A DNA stretch of 63,312 nt, filler included, from Kipferlia bialata (lineage: Eukaryota), in the NCBI GenBank assembly GCA_003568945.1. It is 9 parts of 8 records of this genome, joined end to end, with 100 filler letters (N's around TTAATTAATTAA, not from the genome) between each part and the next. Parts side by side here need not be neighbours in the genome. Positions count along the whole stretch, not along the records: positions 40,986 to 53,404 come from BDIP01001084.1; positions 53,505 to 61,068 come from BDIP01001094.1; positions 61,169 to 63,312 come from BDIP01001154.1; 6 more parts are not named here. One strand, 5' to 3'. Positions 50,565 through 63,312 of the stretch are shown here, one piece after another. Below the pieces are notes generated by a model that was not told the DNA's origin, did not search any database, and saw only the letters and a list, made by a program, of their open reading frames with translations. Each line of letters opens with the position of its first letter. Position 1 is the stretch's first letter. The position numbers and the translations under genes were made by a program.

Positions 50565-52627
50565 GGATGTATACATCTACATACACACTCACTATACCTC
50601 CTTGTCCTGTGCCATGTGGAGCAGGGTGTGTAGCATACATTCACAGTATGGATCACTGTATATATATACCCATATTCCATATACCTGTGGATCTTGGGAC
50701 ATGTGGAGCAAGGTATCTAGTATACCAGCCTGGAACAGCAGGGCACATGTGGGATCTGGGGGTTAGGCATATATATCACCTAGTTATATTCAGTACACAA
50801 CAATATATATAGGAAAGGTAATAGGTAATCACCCGGAACTTCGCACATACCTGATATAGTGAGTGGCATCAGCATCGTGCACCCCTCCTGTGGACACAGT
50901 GCATAGTGTGTATGGGCCATGTCAACCAAGGATGGGACAAGGTGGGGGGTGAGGGATAGACCTGATATAAAAATATACAAATATATATGTATATACATTT
51001 ATACTAATATATACTAATATATGTATAACCAAGGACTGCACAAGGTGGAGGTGAGGGGTAGACCAGGAGCTGGGGGTCAGAGAACAATAGTAGCAGAAGA
51101 TGTCACAACGAGAGCAATCATTATTAACTGCTTGTATAGTAGTACCTTGCAGCACAGCGTGTATCAGCTGGAATGCGGCCTCAGCCGTCTCTGTCAGCAC
51201 CAGTGCCTCAGGGAGGGTATCTCTATCAAAGGGCACTGCCTTCTCTATGTCACCCTCATCAACAACCTCCACATCCTCTGTGTCTAGATACTCCATGAAC
51301 TCGTCTGCCTCTGCCTCACCCTCTCCACCCACCTCTCTCTCCCCTCCCTCCTCCCACGTCTCCATGGACATACCACTATCTTGGTCAATAGGGTCCATAC
51401 CACTCTCTTGGTCAGTAGTGTCTACACTGGTGTCAGCATCAGACTCGGAAGTTGTCTCCTGCAACATCTCTCCTGGCTCACTCTGCTGCACCATGTCTCC
51501 CAGTCTGCCTAGGAATGATATAGTGCCACCTGAGGGTACAACCACATCTGTGTCATCTTCCATGTCAGTCTCTGACACCTCCACACTCTCACACTCAACT
51601 TTTCCCTCTCCCTCTCCCTCACAATCACTACCCTCACCACCAACCTCAGTCTCCATGAGTCCACCCAGGGCACCTGTGAATGATATGATACCCCTCGGTG
51701 TCTCAACAGCCAGTGTGTCAACAATTACATCCCCTCTCTCCCTCTCTCCCTCTGACCCATCACTCAAGCTAGACAGAGCACCCAGGAAGGATATTGTACC
51801 AGCAGGTGATACACTCTCTCCCGTCTCTACCTCTATGCCCTCACCCTCCACTGATGTTGGTCTGTCCAAGCATAGGTATGCCCTCTCCTCTGACACTGAC
51901 TGACAGACAGTGTTGATGCAGTCGACAAGACCTGAAGATGAGGAGTACACTCATACAGGAGTCTATATAGTCATAAGTGGTAGGACATATGACCCACACA
52001 TACACATAGTGTATATATAGTGAATGAGAGATATAAATGAGCAACGCTACGTATATACAACATTCATGGTATATACAATCATGACTAGAGACGCTAAGAA
52101 CCCATACCTTCATCTAAGAGTAGATGGGAGTAGGAAAGATTACCAGAGCCCATGGGAGTGTCTACGTCTCCTGATAATTAGAATTAGTTTGAATACCTAT
52201 AGAGAGTCACTAGAAAATATTGAAAGTATATACCTGCAGTAGCACTCATATAGTATGATACTGTACCACTCTAATGATACACTTCCTATATCAGGACACC
52301 TCACAGCATGGCAATCAGACCATTGTTGTATGTATACCTTGCACCTCCACCTCTGCCTCTGTGTGCACTATGTGTGTCAGCAGGGACAGAACACTGATGG
52401 GTGAGGGCAGTGACTAAACAGAGAGATATGAAACACACAACTACCATAGCACATGGATAGGTATTGGTCTGACATATGCAAATGGATATGTACCTCCTGA
52501 CCACGTCCCAGTTGTGTGGCCCCTGTGCCAGTGTCTTGGCTGCACTCAGCAGTAGGGGACACGCCTCACCCAGGAGGGAGGACTCTGTCGCAAGAGTACC
52601 TGGGGGTAATATTCGATTGAATTGTAT

Positions 52628-52668
<41 letters not shown>

Positions 52669-52990
52669 ATATGCCTCACCCAAGAGGGGGGAGGGGGTGG
52701 GGGTAGACTCTGCTGGTAAGGGAGGCAAAGGTATTCCCCATATTCACAAGGAGATTGTATACCCTATGGGTAAAGCTATTGATACACATTACCTATCTGT
52801 GTCCCCATGTATCCCACTATGGCATGCACTGTGTCTTGGCATGACTGTCTACCCTATACGTATATATATATATAGCATGTATATGTACTGTATATATATA
52901 TATTATACCTATATGACCCACTATGCCATGCACTGTGCCTGGGCATGTCTGTCTAGACCTCAGGGCACAGACATAGAAGGGGAGGGCTAG
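45784..52990 (-). CDS. Large hypothetical multi-exon protein (helical repeats plus an acidic low-complexity exon near 51100-51950)
   Basis: Many minus-strand exons with canonical junctions (RPALDSLSSALSTHGHWDRVAYALLDM, LAEFTHMGERLETFFE, last exon YRYQRSAVLVDSMDY*) plus the 342-aa ORF 50922-51950. The 5' limit is unclear. Confidence 0.5.
46801..47200 (-). repeat. Array of five copies of an exon end plus donor (...ATGGTG|GTGAG), about 100-bp period
   Basis: CTCACCACCAT on + at 46801, 46901, 47001, 47107 and 47170. Confidence 0.9.
49711..49828. repeat. Intronic tandem repeat, 18-bp unit CTATAGTACTACTATAGT, about 6 copies
   Basis: Read directly; the unit is built from the short palindromes CTATAG, AGTACT and ACTATAGT. 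Confidence 0.9.
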
Positions 52991-53504
52991 GGGTAAGTAC
53001 TGATATAGTACATGCACTAATATAGATAATTATACTGATACATTAACATACAAGGGGAGTGAATAGGACCAGTATACATAATAAAAGAGGGGGAGGGCTG
53101 GAGTGAATGCAGAAGGAGTTACCGATGGTACTGTACTAGGTATATATTGGCACATACATAGAGGGGGAGGGCTGGAGTGAATGGGAAGAGATACACACAG
53201 TGGCGAATACATAAAACACATACTATATGGTCACTGCTCATGTGAATGTATATGTGTCGGAGGGGAGGAGGGGGGATACAGAGACGGAGAGAGGGTGTGT
53301 GTGTGAGAGAGAGAGAAGTGGGGATAGGCTAGTGGTCAACGATATACAGGAGAGAGACACATGTCGGGGGGGGGGGGGGGGTGAGAGACGGACTGCCACA
53401 CTTGNNNNNNNNNNNNNNNNNNNNNNNNNNNNNNNNNNNNNNNNNNNNTTAATTAATTAANNNNNNNNNNNNNNNNNNNNNNNNNNNNNNNNNNNNNNNN
53501 NNNN

Positions 53505-53553
<49 letters not shown>

Positions 53554-53616
53554 ATGGGCTGAACACTCACACGTTTCATTGGTCACTCACTATCCATACA
53601 CAGCTACAGACACGTA

Positions 53617-55128
53617 CTTGTGCAGGATGTGCTGCTGGATGGGGGTGGGGCAGAGGTGCAGCCTGGAGGCCACGGGGGGAGAGGCCAGGAGCTCGTCAAT
53701 GTTGGGCCGGGAGGCACTGTTACGGGAGAGAAGGGCAGAGACCACATTCCTAGGGGTAAGGGGGACAGGAGGGAATGAAACTGGATATAACCATGATTAA
53801 TAACACGTACTTGAGGTCATCGCTGTACATCTTGGGCAGTGCAGAGTAGCGTCCTGCAAGCACCCTGGACGCCAGACCCTTGATGTCCCTGGCCTCGAAG
53901 GGGTGTCTGAAGGTGCACATCTCGTACAGCAGCACACCCAGACTCCACATGTCAGACTGGGGGTGAGGGACTGGAGAGAGAGACTGCACTTGGAGGAAGA
54001 AGGCAATGGTACACCAACCTTGTTGTTGTAGGGGCTGTTCTTCCATATCTCTGGGGATATGTAGTACGGGGTGCCAATGGACGTCTTGGCAAGCGAGTTC
54101 TCCTGCTTGAGCAGCTTGGCCACGCCTGGGGTGAGGAGGGGAGAGACATGTCCAGATAGAAGGATTGAATACAGAGACTATGATAGGATATCATAATAGT
54201 GGATACATGGCCACGCACCCAGGTCCCCAATCTTGACCATGGACTTGTCAGCACTCAGGAAGATGTTGGCAGACTTGAGGTCTCTGGGGGTGAGGAAGGG
54301 TGAGAGAGAGGTAGGGAAACTACAATACACTTCTGACGCATTGAGAATACTGGATACGGGTATACACACACAGAAACACTCATGCTTGTGCATAGATAAC
54401 ACCATACGAGAGCACACACATCTAACCTGTGCAGAATGTGGTGCTTGTGCAGCGTCCTGATACCCACACACAGCTGCAGGAACAGAGGCCAGATCTCATC
54501 CTCAGAGAAGGGATACCTCTTCATCTTCCTGAGGGTGAGGGCTTATCAGAGTGGGGGAGAGGGGACAATAAGTGAGATACGGTAACACAAATAGACTGAT
54601 ACCAGGTGACCGCCACACATGATATGCACGCACCTCGTCTCAATCAGGTTTTGGAGGTCACCACCAGACGCAAACTCTGTCACAATGTAGATCTTGTCAT
54701 TCTCGACAAACGACTCGTAGTACCCGACAATGTTGGGGTGGAACACAGAGGCCAGAATACGGATCTCATTCAGAGCCTCCTCCCTCTCCTTACGCTTCAT
54801 GTACTCTGGAGTGAGCACGTACACACGGGGAATACATATAAGTAGAGACATACATACAGCAGGCGAGACAATAGGGGTGAAGACTGAGCATCAACTGCGC
54901 CATTAAGAAGAGAGACAGCAGTACGTACTGACGTTGATCTCCTTGATAGCATAAACTTGGCCATCGCTTGACCTGGAGGCCTTGAAGACAGAACCATAAC
55001 TGCCCTTCCCCAAGAACTTCTTAATCTACTGTGAGAGACTGTCCAGTTTCTTACAGATGCCTCTGATCCGAGTGAGAAAGATAGAATTCATAGAGTGAAT
55101 CACTTACCTCGAAGTCGGACAACGGCAT
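53617..55128 (-). CDS. NIMA-related (NEK) serine/threonine kinase, NEK1/CNK2-like (3'-partial)
   Basis: MPLSDFE / [22 protein letters not shown] / [22 protein letters not shown] / [11 protein letters not shown] / VKIGDLGVAK / [10 protein letters not shown] / YNNKSDMWSLG. Confidence 0.95.
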
Positions 55129-55658
55129 AGTGACTTGGGCCCTTCACGCTCGCAATAACAGTACTAATAGGGCTCCTTGTAAGCTATATACGCTCTTTCA
55201 ATCTCTGTAAGAGGCACAAACAGCACTAGAAGCGATGTCCAGCTTTCAAATTTCAGAATTACTGGACTTTTTTGCCATTCTCAGTTTTTTTGTTGGACCC
55301 TAGACCCTTTGAATGTCTATGTATATCAAAAACAACAAAAGGGTTCGATAGTGTCCCACAACTGGGACCCAGAACAGAGTTGACTGCTCTCTCTCCAAAG
55401 GGCCGCACTACTGTTTCCTGTATTCTGAGAAGCCTGTGGCTTTGTTTCTGGCAGACCCGTTAGCTAGTGTCTTGGGAGCGGCCGCTCTGGAGCATTAGTT
55501 GATCTCTCTTCATCAGACACAGTCAACTATTGTCTTGGGCCACTGTACTATCTCTTCACTTAGAGGATTCTGTTCGATATTGGAGTTGGGGTCTGTGAAG
55601 TTCTGTACCCTGGGTATCACTAGGCGAGTGTAGTGGGCCAGGTCGTTGGTCTCTCCCG

Positions 55659-58600
55659 ATGGACAACTTTCTGTTCCATGTCAAGTCTCTAGTCGTGTTT
55701 GACAAGAGTCTCAGCGAGGAATTCCACACCAGGCACAAGAAGGTGGGTCATTATGAAGGTCATTGGATGTGCAGACTCGCATTTATGTGAGTGGCATCAT
55801 TCGAGTGTCTGCTGTCGGCTGTTGTTACTATCTGTTGTCGTGTGCTGCTCTCTCTATTCCCACTCACCCAGCTTGTGTTTGCATACCCCCTTGATGGACA
55901 CGAGAGCCCTGTGCTGCAGGGTATATGGGACAAGCAGGGTGAGTGTCCTATGGTGCTGCTTTGTATACTCCTGTTTGGAGTACAATGATACGACAACGCT
56001 CATTCGGCACCGATACACCCTACTCTATTCTGGGGTCACTCTCCCACCATTATCTCCGTCATATACCTCACCTTAGTGTGTCTTGTACCCTTAATGTACA
56101 CTTAGTGTACCATACTCACGCCAGTGCGTCTCTATGAGGCACTGGACGGTCTATCCGACACCCTAGGGACTGGGTCTCTGCAGACCTTTGAGTCTGGGTC
56201 AGACGTCACCCTCTGCGGGGCACATGGTAGGGAGAGGGTGTCTACACACATCATGACCGGTATATTAGTCTCACTGTCTCTCTCTGTGCTCATACTTTAC
56301 CCCCAGGCACCTGCTGTGTGGCGCTTTGTCTGGCCAAGCCTAGCCACGAGGAGTCTGAGGAGTGTACGTACCCAGAGGCAGGGCACAAGTACAGACAGGT
56401 GGGGGGAGCTGTGTACATAGTAGTCTGACACTCTGGCACATATCAGTATATATATATATGTATATGACTATATATACATCTCACTATTAGGACGGCAAGG
56501 CTGCCCCGAACACCAAGGAGGACACCAGCCGGCAGGGGTCCCCCAAGGAGGGGGCAGGGGAGGAGGAGAGGGAGGACACATCCTCCGAGGATGCTCTCTT
56601 TGCCGCCAAGGCATCCCCCCCTCTCTCCCTGGCTGACGTGCTCCCAGGCCTGGCCGACATCCCCCCACCCCTAGTCAAGGCTGTGCTGCGCCATCTGCTG
56701 GACTGCATGTGTCTCTACCTAGGGGGGCCCCTGGATGTGTGTGTGAGGACTATGGGGGTGCATAGCATGAGGCGTATCCTGCCAGCGCTGTGCCTCGGGT
56801 GGATACACGGGTGGGTGGACGGTGTATATACGGTGTGATACAAGGAATGCACAGGTTGTTGCTCCCACCCCCCCTTCTCACCCCCTCTGACTGTAGCGTT
56901 GAGACCCAGGGTCTGTCTGTGGCTGATCTGCTAGGGGGCGCCACACCAAAGGTATCAGAGAGTCACAGCTGGTGTATGAGGGTGATATACACAGTCAACA
57001 AGTGCACTGACATACTAGGGAGGGGCCAAGCTGGCTGCTGCAGACGCACCTGTGTATGGAGAGGCCTTTGCATGTGCCTGTGAGGCCTGTCTAGGTATCT
57101 CTCTCTATCACTACATATGCTGTATGTGGTACCCTCTGTACCTACCCCCCTCACCCCAGTCCCCGGTGTGATGGCTGCGGCTGTCCATGTTAATCACCAG
57201 CTACTGGCTGTGGGTGGTGTGCAGACATCGCAGTACATGGCTGTGGACGCACTGTACAGGCGACACATCCCTCTGACTGGGCACAGACAGGTGGGAGAGG
57301 CAGAGGAGGAGGAGGAGGGGCAGGGGGTGGGTGACATTGGGGGAGAGAGGGCAGCCTGGGTGAGGGAGAGGCTGGTAGGTGCTCAGATCATACCAAGGCC
57401 CACCCCCACCCCCACCCCCTCTGAGGCCGAGCTGTCCTACGGCACAGGGCATGGGAGGAGGAGCAGGTTGGCCAGTGCCCTTCCCTCTCCCCCTCTGCCC
57501 TGCTACCTAGAGCTGGGCCTGCCCCCTATGGATGTGGAGGAGGAGGGGGGAGAGGAGAAGGCAGAGCCGGAGGACACAAAGGCATACCCACCAGTCAGAG
57601 ACTGCCTCCTGCCCACATCCCACCTCAACCCGGCATATCAGGTGGGGGGCTGACGACTATCTGTATGTAGAGTCCCTTATGTGTATTCTTGTCTTACCAC
57701 CAGGTTGTTTGTGACGTGGGGTGCCGAAACGAGGGGGGGTCCCCCCCGAAGAGAGACAGGGACAGAGAGACCAGGTAGGCACTGGGCAATGATACTATCC
57801 TTGTTATCTCTATTTATCCTCTCCCACTCAATATACCCATATAACAGATACACCCGCACTGTGGTGGTCAGACAGGGTGAGCCAGAATCCGATGACCCGA
57901 CTGAGAAGGGGACCAAGGCGAGTGTGTGGAGGGACGGGGGAGGCGACACCTCAGGCCACGTGCACAGGGTGACAGGCAGGTTCATCCACACCCACACCCC
58001 CTATGCAGTGTCAGAGGATGTGTCAGACAGACCGGTTAGGGGGAGGCGGCCCCTGGAGATCCCAGTCTGCATGGCCTATCCTGACTGTGGGTCATCCACC
58101 TTGGAGGCTACCCCGGCTGGACACTCTGCCCTGCCCAGGGGTGCTGTCTCCCCCACATCTGTGATGGAGGAGGATGGGTACCAGTACATCCAGTCCTCCC
58201 CTGCACCCGGTGCCAGTGATGGCTTCACCACCCCTCCCCTCCAGCACCAGTCCCCTATGTCCCAGAGGGTGCCTGGGAGTGGGCGCACCCCCTCGCACAA
58301 GCCCCACACCCCCTCGGGTCTGGGTGTACATAGCAACCGCATGGCAGGGCAGGTGGGCGGAGAGGCCGGCACCCCATCCCTCACAGTGGGTGAGGGGGAA
58401 AAGGATGAGAGGCTCTCTCGGTACCAGGCCTCCCCTTTCCTGGGGGGATCAGATGATGACACAGAGACAGAGGGCTCAGAGTCTGGGAGTGAGGGGGAGA
58501 GCACTGAGGAAGAGGAGAGCGAGGAGGGGGATGTTGGACAGGAGGATGAGACCACCACCCCCACCCTTGGCAACTCCACCCCTGTGACCGACCCCACCTC

Positions 58601-59783
58601 CCCCCACACCCCTGTGTCTGAGGGGTCTGAGGCAGTGCAGGTGGCACCCAGAGCCACCCTGCTCAACCAGACTGTGCTGGTGAGACAGACACCCCTGAGG
58701 GCAAGGGGGAAGGCGAAGGGGAGGAGAGAGAGGAGGGGCAGGAGGAGAGGGGTGTCCAGACACGGTGCCACCCCGGCCACTGCGTCCCCTCTTTCTCTCT
58801 CTGTCGGACCCCAGGCCCTGCTCCCTGTGGATGTCTCTCCTGTGCCGTCCAGACTCATGACTGTTAGGGTGACGGTGGAGAGAGAGAAGGCCTCTAAGGG
58901 GAGGCACAGGGCGGGGCCGGGGCACACCGAGGGGGAGTATGTGCCTGTGGGTGGGGTGGTCGACCTTGTGCTGCTGGTCAAGGACCCCTCTTCCACTGTT
59001 GACATGGATGGTCAGACACCCTCAGTGGCAGTGGAGCAGGACAGGGAGAGAGAGAGGGAGACTGTGTGGGACGGTGTCGTGTCTCTGTGCCTTCAGAACC
59101 TGGGCATGATAGCCAGTCAGAGTGTCAGGCCTGGTCTGATGGGTGTGTGTGACGTGGCTGCGGCATGTGGCATGTCGGTACCAGAGGCAAAGGCAGATAG
59201 GGACGGCGCCAGGCACTTCTTCGGAGTGCTGCCCATAGGCACCTCCAGTGCCAGACACAGACCCCTTGCTGTGCACTCCTCCACCCCTCCCCTCTCACCT
59301 GTGCTGCTGTCCAGTCAGTCTACGCTGTCCACATCTCTGCCCACCCTACCCGAGCACGACATCCTGCACAGGTCAGGCATATACACCCAGGGGGGCAGTC
59401 TGACCAGGATGGAGAGGGTAGGGCCCTCCACTCTGCAGAGCAGACTGTCTCTCTATGATGCAGCCCACCCCATGCTGTCTGCCGCAGTGCTTCTAGGGGA
59501 CATTGGCACAGAGGCGGACCAGGGGAGGGAGAGAGAGAGGGTGCACTCCGTCGCTGTGTCTGTGCCTGCCACTGAGCCATCCTGTGCATACCAGAGGGGC
59601 ACAGACTCACTGCTGGGGACAGGGGCCAGGCCTAGCGTCAGTTGGGTGGTGGGTAGCAGGGGGAGGAACGGACGGACGGGCCTCTACCTACACGACGGGG
59701 CATGCATCAACATTGTCGATGCTGTAGATAGGGCCACTAGGGATGATGCTGTGCTGTTCAATGTTCTGGGTGGTGGGGCATAG
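55659..59783 (+). CDS. CCZ1: CCZ1-like tri-longin protein (Mon1-Ccz1 Rab7 GEF subunit) with long insertions
   Basis: N-terminal SLVVFDKSL...KKLVFAYP...VRLYEAL; LVKAVLRHLLDCMCLYLGG; AAVHVNHQLL; C-terminal SWVVGSRG...INIVDAVDR (cf. CCZ1 YWVVGKK...NLIEVNEEV). The HPS4 paralogue is not excluded. Confidence 0.65.
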
Positions 59784-60041
59784 ACCCTCTCCTTACCCCA
59801 GGTCATGAGGTTCATGGTGTACCCTTGTCATTGTGGTTGATGTTGTATGTGTGTTAGTGTATTATTCGTGTAAATGAACCCTGTCCTCTTTCTTGTTGGA
59901 CCATGTAGATACCAAGCCATCTATTCACATACATATACACTAAACACTAACACCTTCTGACAAAGGAGGTGCCACAGAGAGAGTCTCGACCTAGAAATGG
60001 TATACACACAGAGGGACGCTACTGTGTCTAGTACACACCCT

Positions 60042-60120
60042 CTACTGAGCAGCCTTGAGCTGATCGTTCAGCTGCCGGATCTGCTCGTTCTTGGTCCTTG
60101 GAGTGAGTGAGTGAGTGAAG

Positions 60121-60163
<43 letters not shown>

Positions 60164-60936
60164 GAGAGAGACACTCTCCATACTTGAGCATGGCCTGCAG
60201 GTTCTTGAACTGGGCTGAGGCAGCCACGTTCCTGGTCAGGGCCTTCTCAGCAGCAGCCTTTGCGGCAGTTGCCTCGTCAGCCTGGGTCTGCACAGAGGCC
60301 AGTTGCTGAGGGTGAGAGTCTAGAGCGGAGAGACTCAAAGAGTGACTGTGCATGTACAAGAATATGGACACACCCTTACCTGCTTAAGCAGGGCCACCTC
60401 CTCCCTGGCAGCACCGGCGTCCCCTCCCATGGACTCTGGGGGTGAGAGGAACACACATATAGACTGCTACGTGTAATACTCCAAGACCCAGTCTCGGGAG
60501 GGAAGAGGGTAGTGCACAGCACATTTGGGCACGACCACAATAAGAAGCATATGACTACTCCCCCACCTAGCACCACAGGGGCTGCCCCCTCGACCGATGA
60601 CCTGAAGGCCAGCGTGATACCGGCGGCCTCGGCCTGTGGGTAGAAGGGGAGCACATGGTACAGTGGAAGGAATATATACAACTTGCAGTTAACAGAGTCA
60701 ACTCTATATATGTATATATACACCTGTGCAATAAGGGCTAGGACTGGCTGCATTGCGGCCTGGGAGAGTGTCTCCAGCTCCGTTGACAGGGCATCACGCA
60801 CATTGCCTGTGGTTAGGGTATACAGGAATAGCGTACACAATGAGGCAGACAGTGATAAGAGCATGTAATATACACTCACTCTTGAGGGTTGCCATTCCGT
60901 TGACAACGTCCTCCTCTGTGAAGATCTCCTCCCCGG
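60042..60936 (-). CDS. LZTFL1: LZTFL1/BBS17-like coiled-coil protein (5'-partial)
   Basis: EEIFTEEDVVNGMATLK / ..STELETLS..LIAQ/AEAAGITL and SAQFKNLQAMLK/TKNEQIRQL match LZTFL1 (DTFTxDEV, LFxQAE, AYRNMKEILTKKNDQIKDL). Confidence 0.8.
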
Positions 60937-61212
60937 CAGACAGACTGAGGGTGAGGGTGAGGCATATGTATATAGGGGCAGATAATGGCTGAGGGTGCAG
61001 CAGAGAGGGAGAGATGTGGTGGAGGGAGGGAGGGGGGGGGGGGGGGGGGGCAAAAACACCACACACTANNNNNNNNNNNNNNNNNNNNNNNNNNNNNNNN
61101 NNNNNNNNNNNNTTAATTAATTAANNNNNNNNNNNNNNNNNNNNNNNNNNNNNNNNNNNNNNNNNNNNTTTTTTTTTTTTTTTTTACCCCCCCCCCCCCC
61201 CCCCCACCCCCA

Positions 61213-62929
61213 GGAGCTGAAGCCGTCCTCGCCCTCCAAGTGCTCCATCGACACAGACGACATGTACTTCCACTACGCCATATACAACAAGGTAGGCAGA
61301 CACATGCGATACATGGGAGTATATACGCATTGCGAATGAAGGTATTCATTCCCCCTCACCCCCCAGGTCATCTACCTGACCCTGTGTCCCAAGTAGTCTC
61401 ATATGACATGTATCTCATATCTCATATATTCATATATATGTGTGTCCCATATATCTCTCTCTCTACCCTCAGGTCATCTACCTGACCCTCTGCCCCAAGT
61501 CATACCCCAGGGCACTGGCATTCAAGTTCCTGGAGGACGTCAGGTATCCTCAGTGGTGTGATATGTCCAGAGGATATATATATAAGAACGGGGACGTAGT
61601 GTATGTATGTAGATAGTATTGTGTATATGCATACACACCCTCACCCTCAACCAGGGCCTCCTTTGAGACCGAGCATGGTGTGTATATGTTATGATCACCC
61701 TATTGTATATATAGTATTGTATACACTCTACATACCCTCACCCTCACCCCCAGGGACTCCTTTGAGACCGAGCATGGGGTGTATATTAGAGATAGTATTC
61801 ATTTGTATGTATTTATGTGTATATGCACATACACCCTCACCCCAGGGACTCCTTTGAGACCGAGCACGGGGGAGAGGTGGCCACAGCAAACAAGCCATAC
61901 CAGTACGTGGTAATTCACATATGTAATATTACATTTCAGTATCAGAATCAGTATCAGATACTGATACAGCCAACAAGCCATACCAGTACGTACATGGTAA
62001 TTCACATATATGATATATATGTATTGAGCATGTCTTATGTTCCCTTCTCCCCCTACCCCAGATTTGTACAGTTATATGACACCCCAGATATACACACATA
62101 TGTAACATATATATTATCTCTTACTTATGTCTCTATCCTCACCCCCCAGGTTTGTGCAGTTCTATGACACCATTGATGACATTGCAAACAACTACCCAGT
62201 GTCAAACAGGGAGCAGACGCAGGTATATCCATCATGGTATATTTACATTTATATACATGCATGTACCAATGTGTAAACTGGTAATGATATTGTAAACCAG
62301 TGTCCAACAGAGAGCAGACGCAGGTATGTATGTATATCCATCACTTTGTGTATGCATATTATTGCACGAGTATTTGTGTTTCTGTGTCTGTATCTATCCG
62401 CCCTCTCAAAATATATATGTATATATATTATTGTATGCGTCTGCCTGTCTTCTCATCCCAGGGCCAGCTCGAGGCCCTCTCTGAGGAGTTGCAGTCGGTG
62501 CAGAGGGTCATGGTGTCAAACCTCAGCGACATCCTAGGTACCCCTTCGCATATGAGTAATGATGGGCATGTCCCCTCTTACCCCCCAGGCCGTGGCGAGG
62601 TCATCGGCGAGGTGTCCAACATGTCCCAGCACCTGGTGGAGTCCAGTGCTAAGTTCGCTGACCAGGCCAGGTACATACGTGGATATGCACTCTCTCGCTG
62701 TCTCTCTAGCACCTAGCACCTCCTGTTACTTACCCCAGGGCCCTTGACCTGCATGCCCTCATACTCTCCCTCTCTCTGTCTCTCTCTCGAATCTATATAC
62801 CCTGTTCTCTATTGCATCCCTGACCCCAGGGCCCTTGACCTCCATGCCCTGTGGCGTGAGTGGAAGACAGTTGTCATCATCGTGGCCGCATTCCTGCTCT
62901 TTGTCATGCTCAGATACTTTGTGTTCTAA
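61213..62929 (+). CDS. SEC22: Longin R-SNARE SEC22 (5'-partial)
   Basis: KCSIDTDDMYFHYAI / VIYLTLCPKSYPRALAFKFLEDV / VATANKPYQFVQF / LSEELQSVQRVMVSNLSDILGRGE and a C-terminal TM segment VVIIVAAFLLFVMLRYFVF*. Confidence 0.93.
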
Positions 62930-63312
62930 TGGATATACTATACTCACATGGAACCAGGCATATTAGTAGGGTGCTCAGATACTTTGTGTTATAGGGGGCG
63001 TATACACACATGAGACTAGGGGTTGCACTCGGGGAGCCATGATGGTACGAGGGCGAAGCGAAGCATTGAACTGCAACAGAATAGAAAAGTGTTTGAGAAC
63101 TTGAGGGTTGAAGAGTGGACACGATAGATTCGGTCTCAACGTGTTTCTCTTGGGCTTCCACTCTAGAGGCCTAGGGTTGGCATGGGAGTGTCACACAGGG
63201 AGGAGAGGTACCCAGCAGTGCGGGCAGGGCTCAACATAGTGAACAGCGTCGGTATAGTCACAGTGTATAATGAGTAACTGCAAATTTGTATACGTCATTA
63301 GTTATTACCATC

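Noticed and set aside
45784..55128. Treating the large minus-strand hypothetical gene as the C-terminal tail of the NEK kinase
   Set aside because: Same strand but separated by a gap (53405-53503) with no linking evidence; left as separate calls.
58076..59005. Long antisense ORFs (309 aa here; also 51100-51903 and 20231-20825)
   Set aside because: Shadows of GC-rich coding exons on the opposite strand, with S/P-rich translations and no motifs.
28762..60936. Possible functional cluster of flagellar genes (calflagin-like, RSPH4/6, NEK, LZTFL1) or trafficking genes (VPS26, CCZ1, SEC22)
   Set aside because: The genes are interspersed with unrelated genes on both strands, as expected by chance in a flagellate genome.
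1..63312. Autonomous transposons, tRNA genes or a non-standard genetic code
   Set aside because: No transposase or RT motifs and no tRNA cloverleaf recognised. TAA, TAG and TGA all appear as terminal stops, and reconstructed exons lack in-frame stops.

Overview
Intron-rich eukaryotic nuclear scaffold from a flagellated protist. Short GT-AG introns ending in YTNAC-C(n)-YAG and (TA)n/(CT)n-rich introns resemble a free-living fornicate such as Kipferlia; the organism is inferred, not proven. There are nine N-gaps, eight padded with an artificial TTAATTAATTAA linker. Manual splicing gives about 21 protein genes, assigned from recalled family motifs with no database search. They are: a PPIL4-like cyclophilin, an RI-type LRR protein, a bacterial-type histidine-kinase ATPase, an importin-alpha-like ARM protein, eEFSec, RPC11, RPA2 plus an RPA2-derived chimera, GCLC, a calflagin-like EF-hand protein, a TM2 protein, VPS26, an acyltransferase-3, RSPH4/6, a NEK kinase, CCZ1, LZTFL1, SEC22 and several unknowns. 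A truncated 5S rRNA fragment is also present. The most unusual signal is pervasive 'splice-site echoes': diverged copies of exon ends with their donor or acceptor, stacked inside introns at about 100-bp spacing. Most ORFs in the supplied track are spurious or single-exon fragments.
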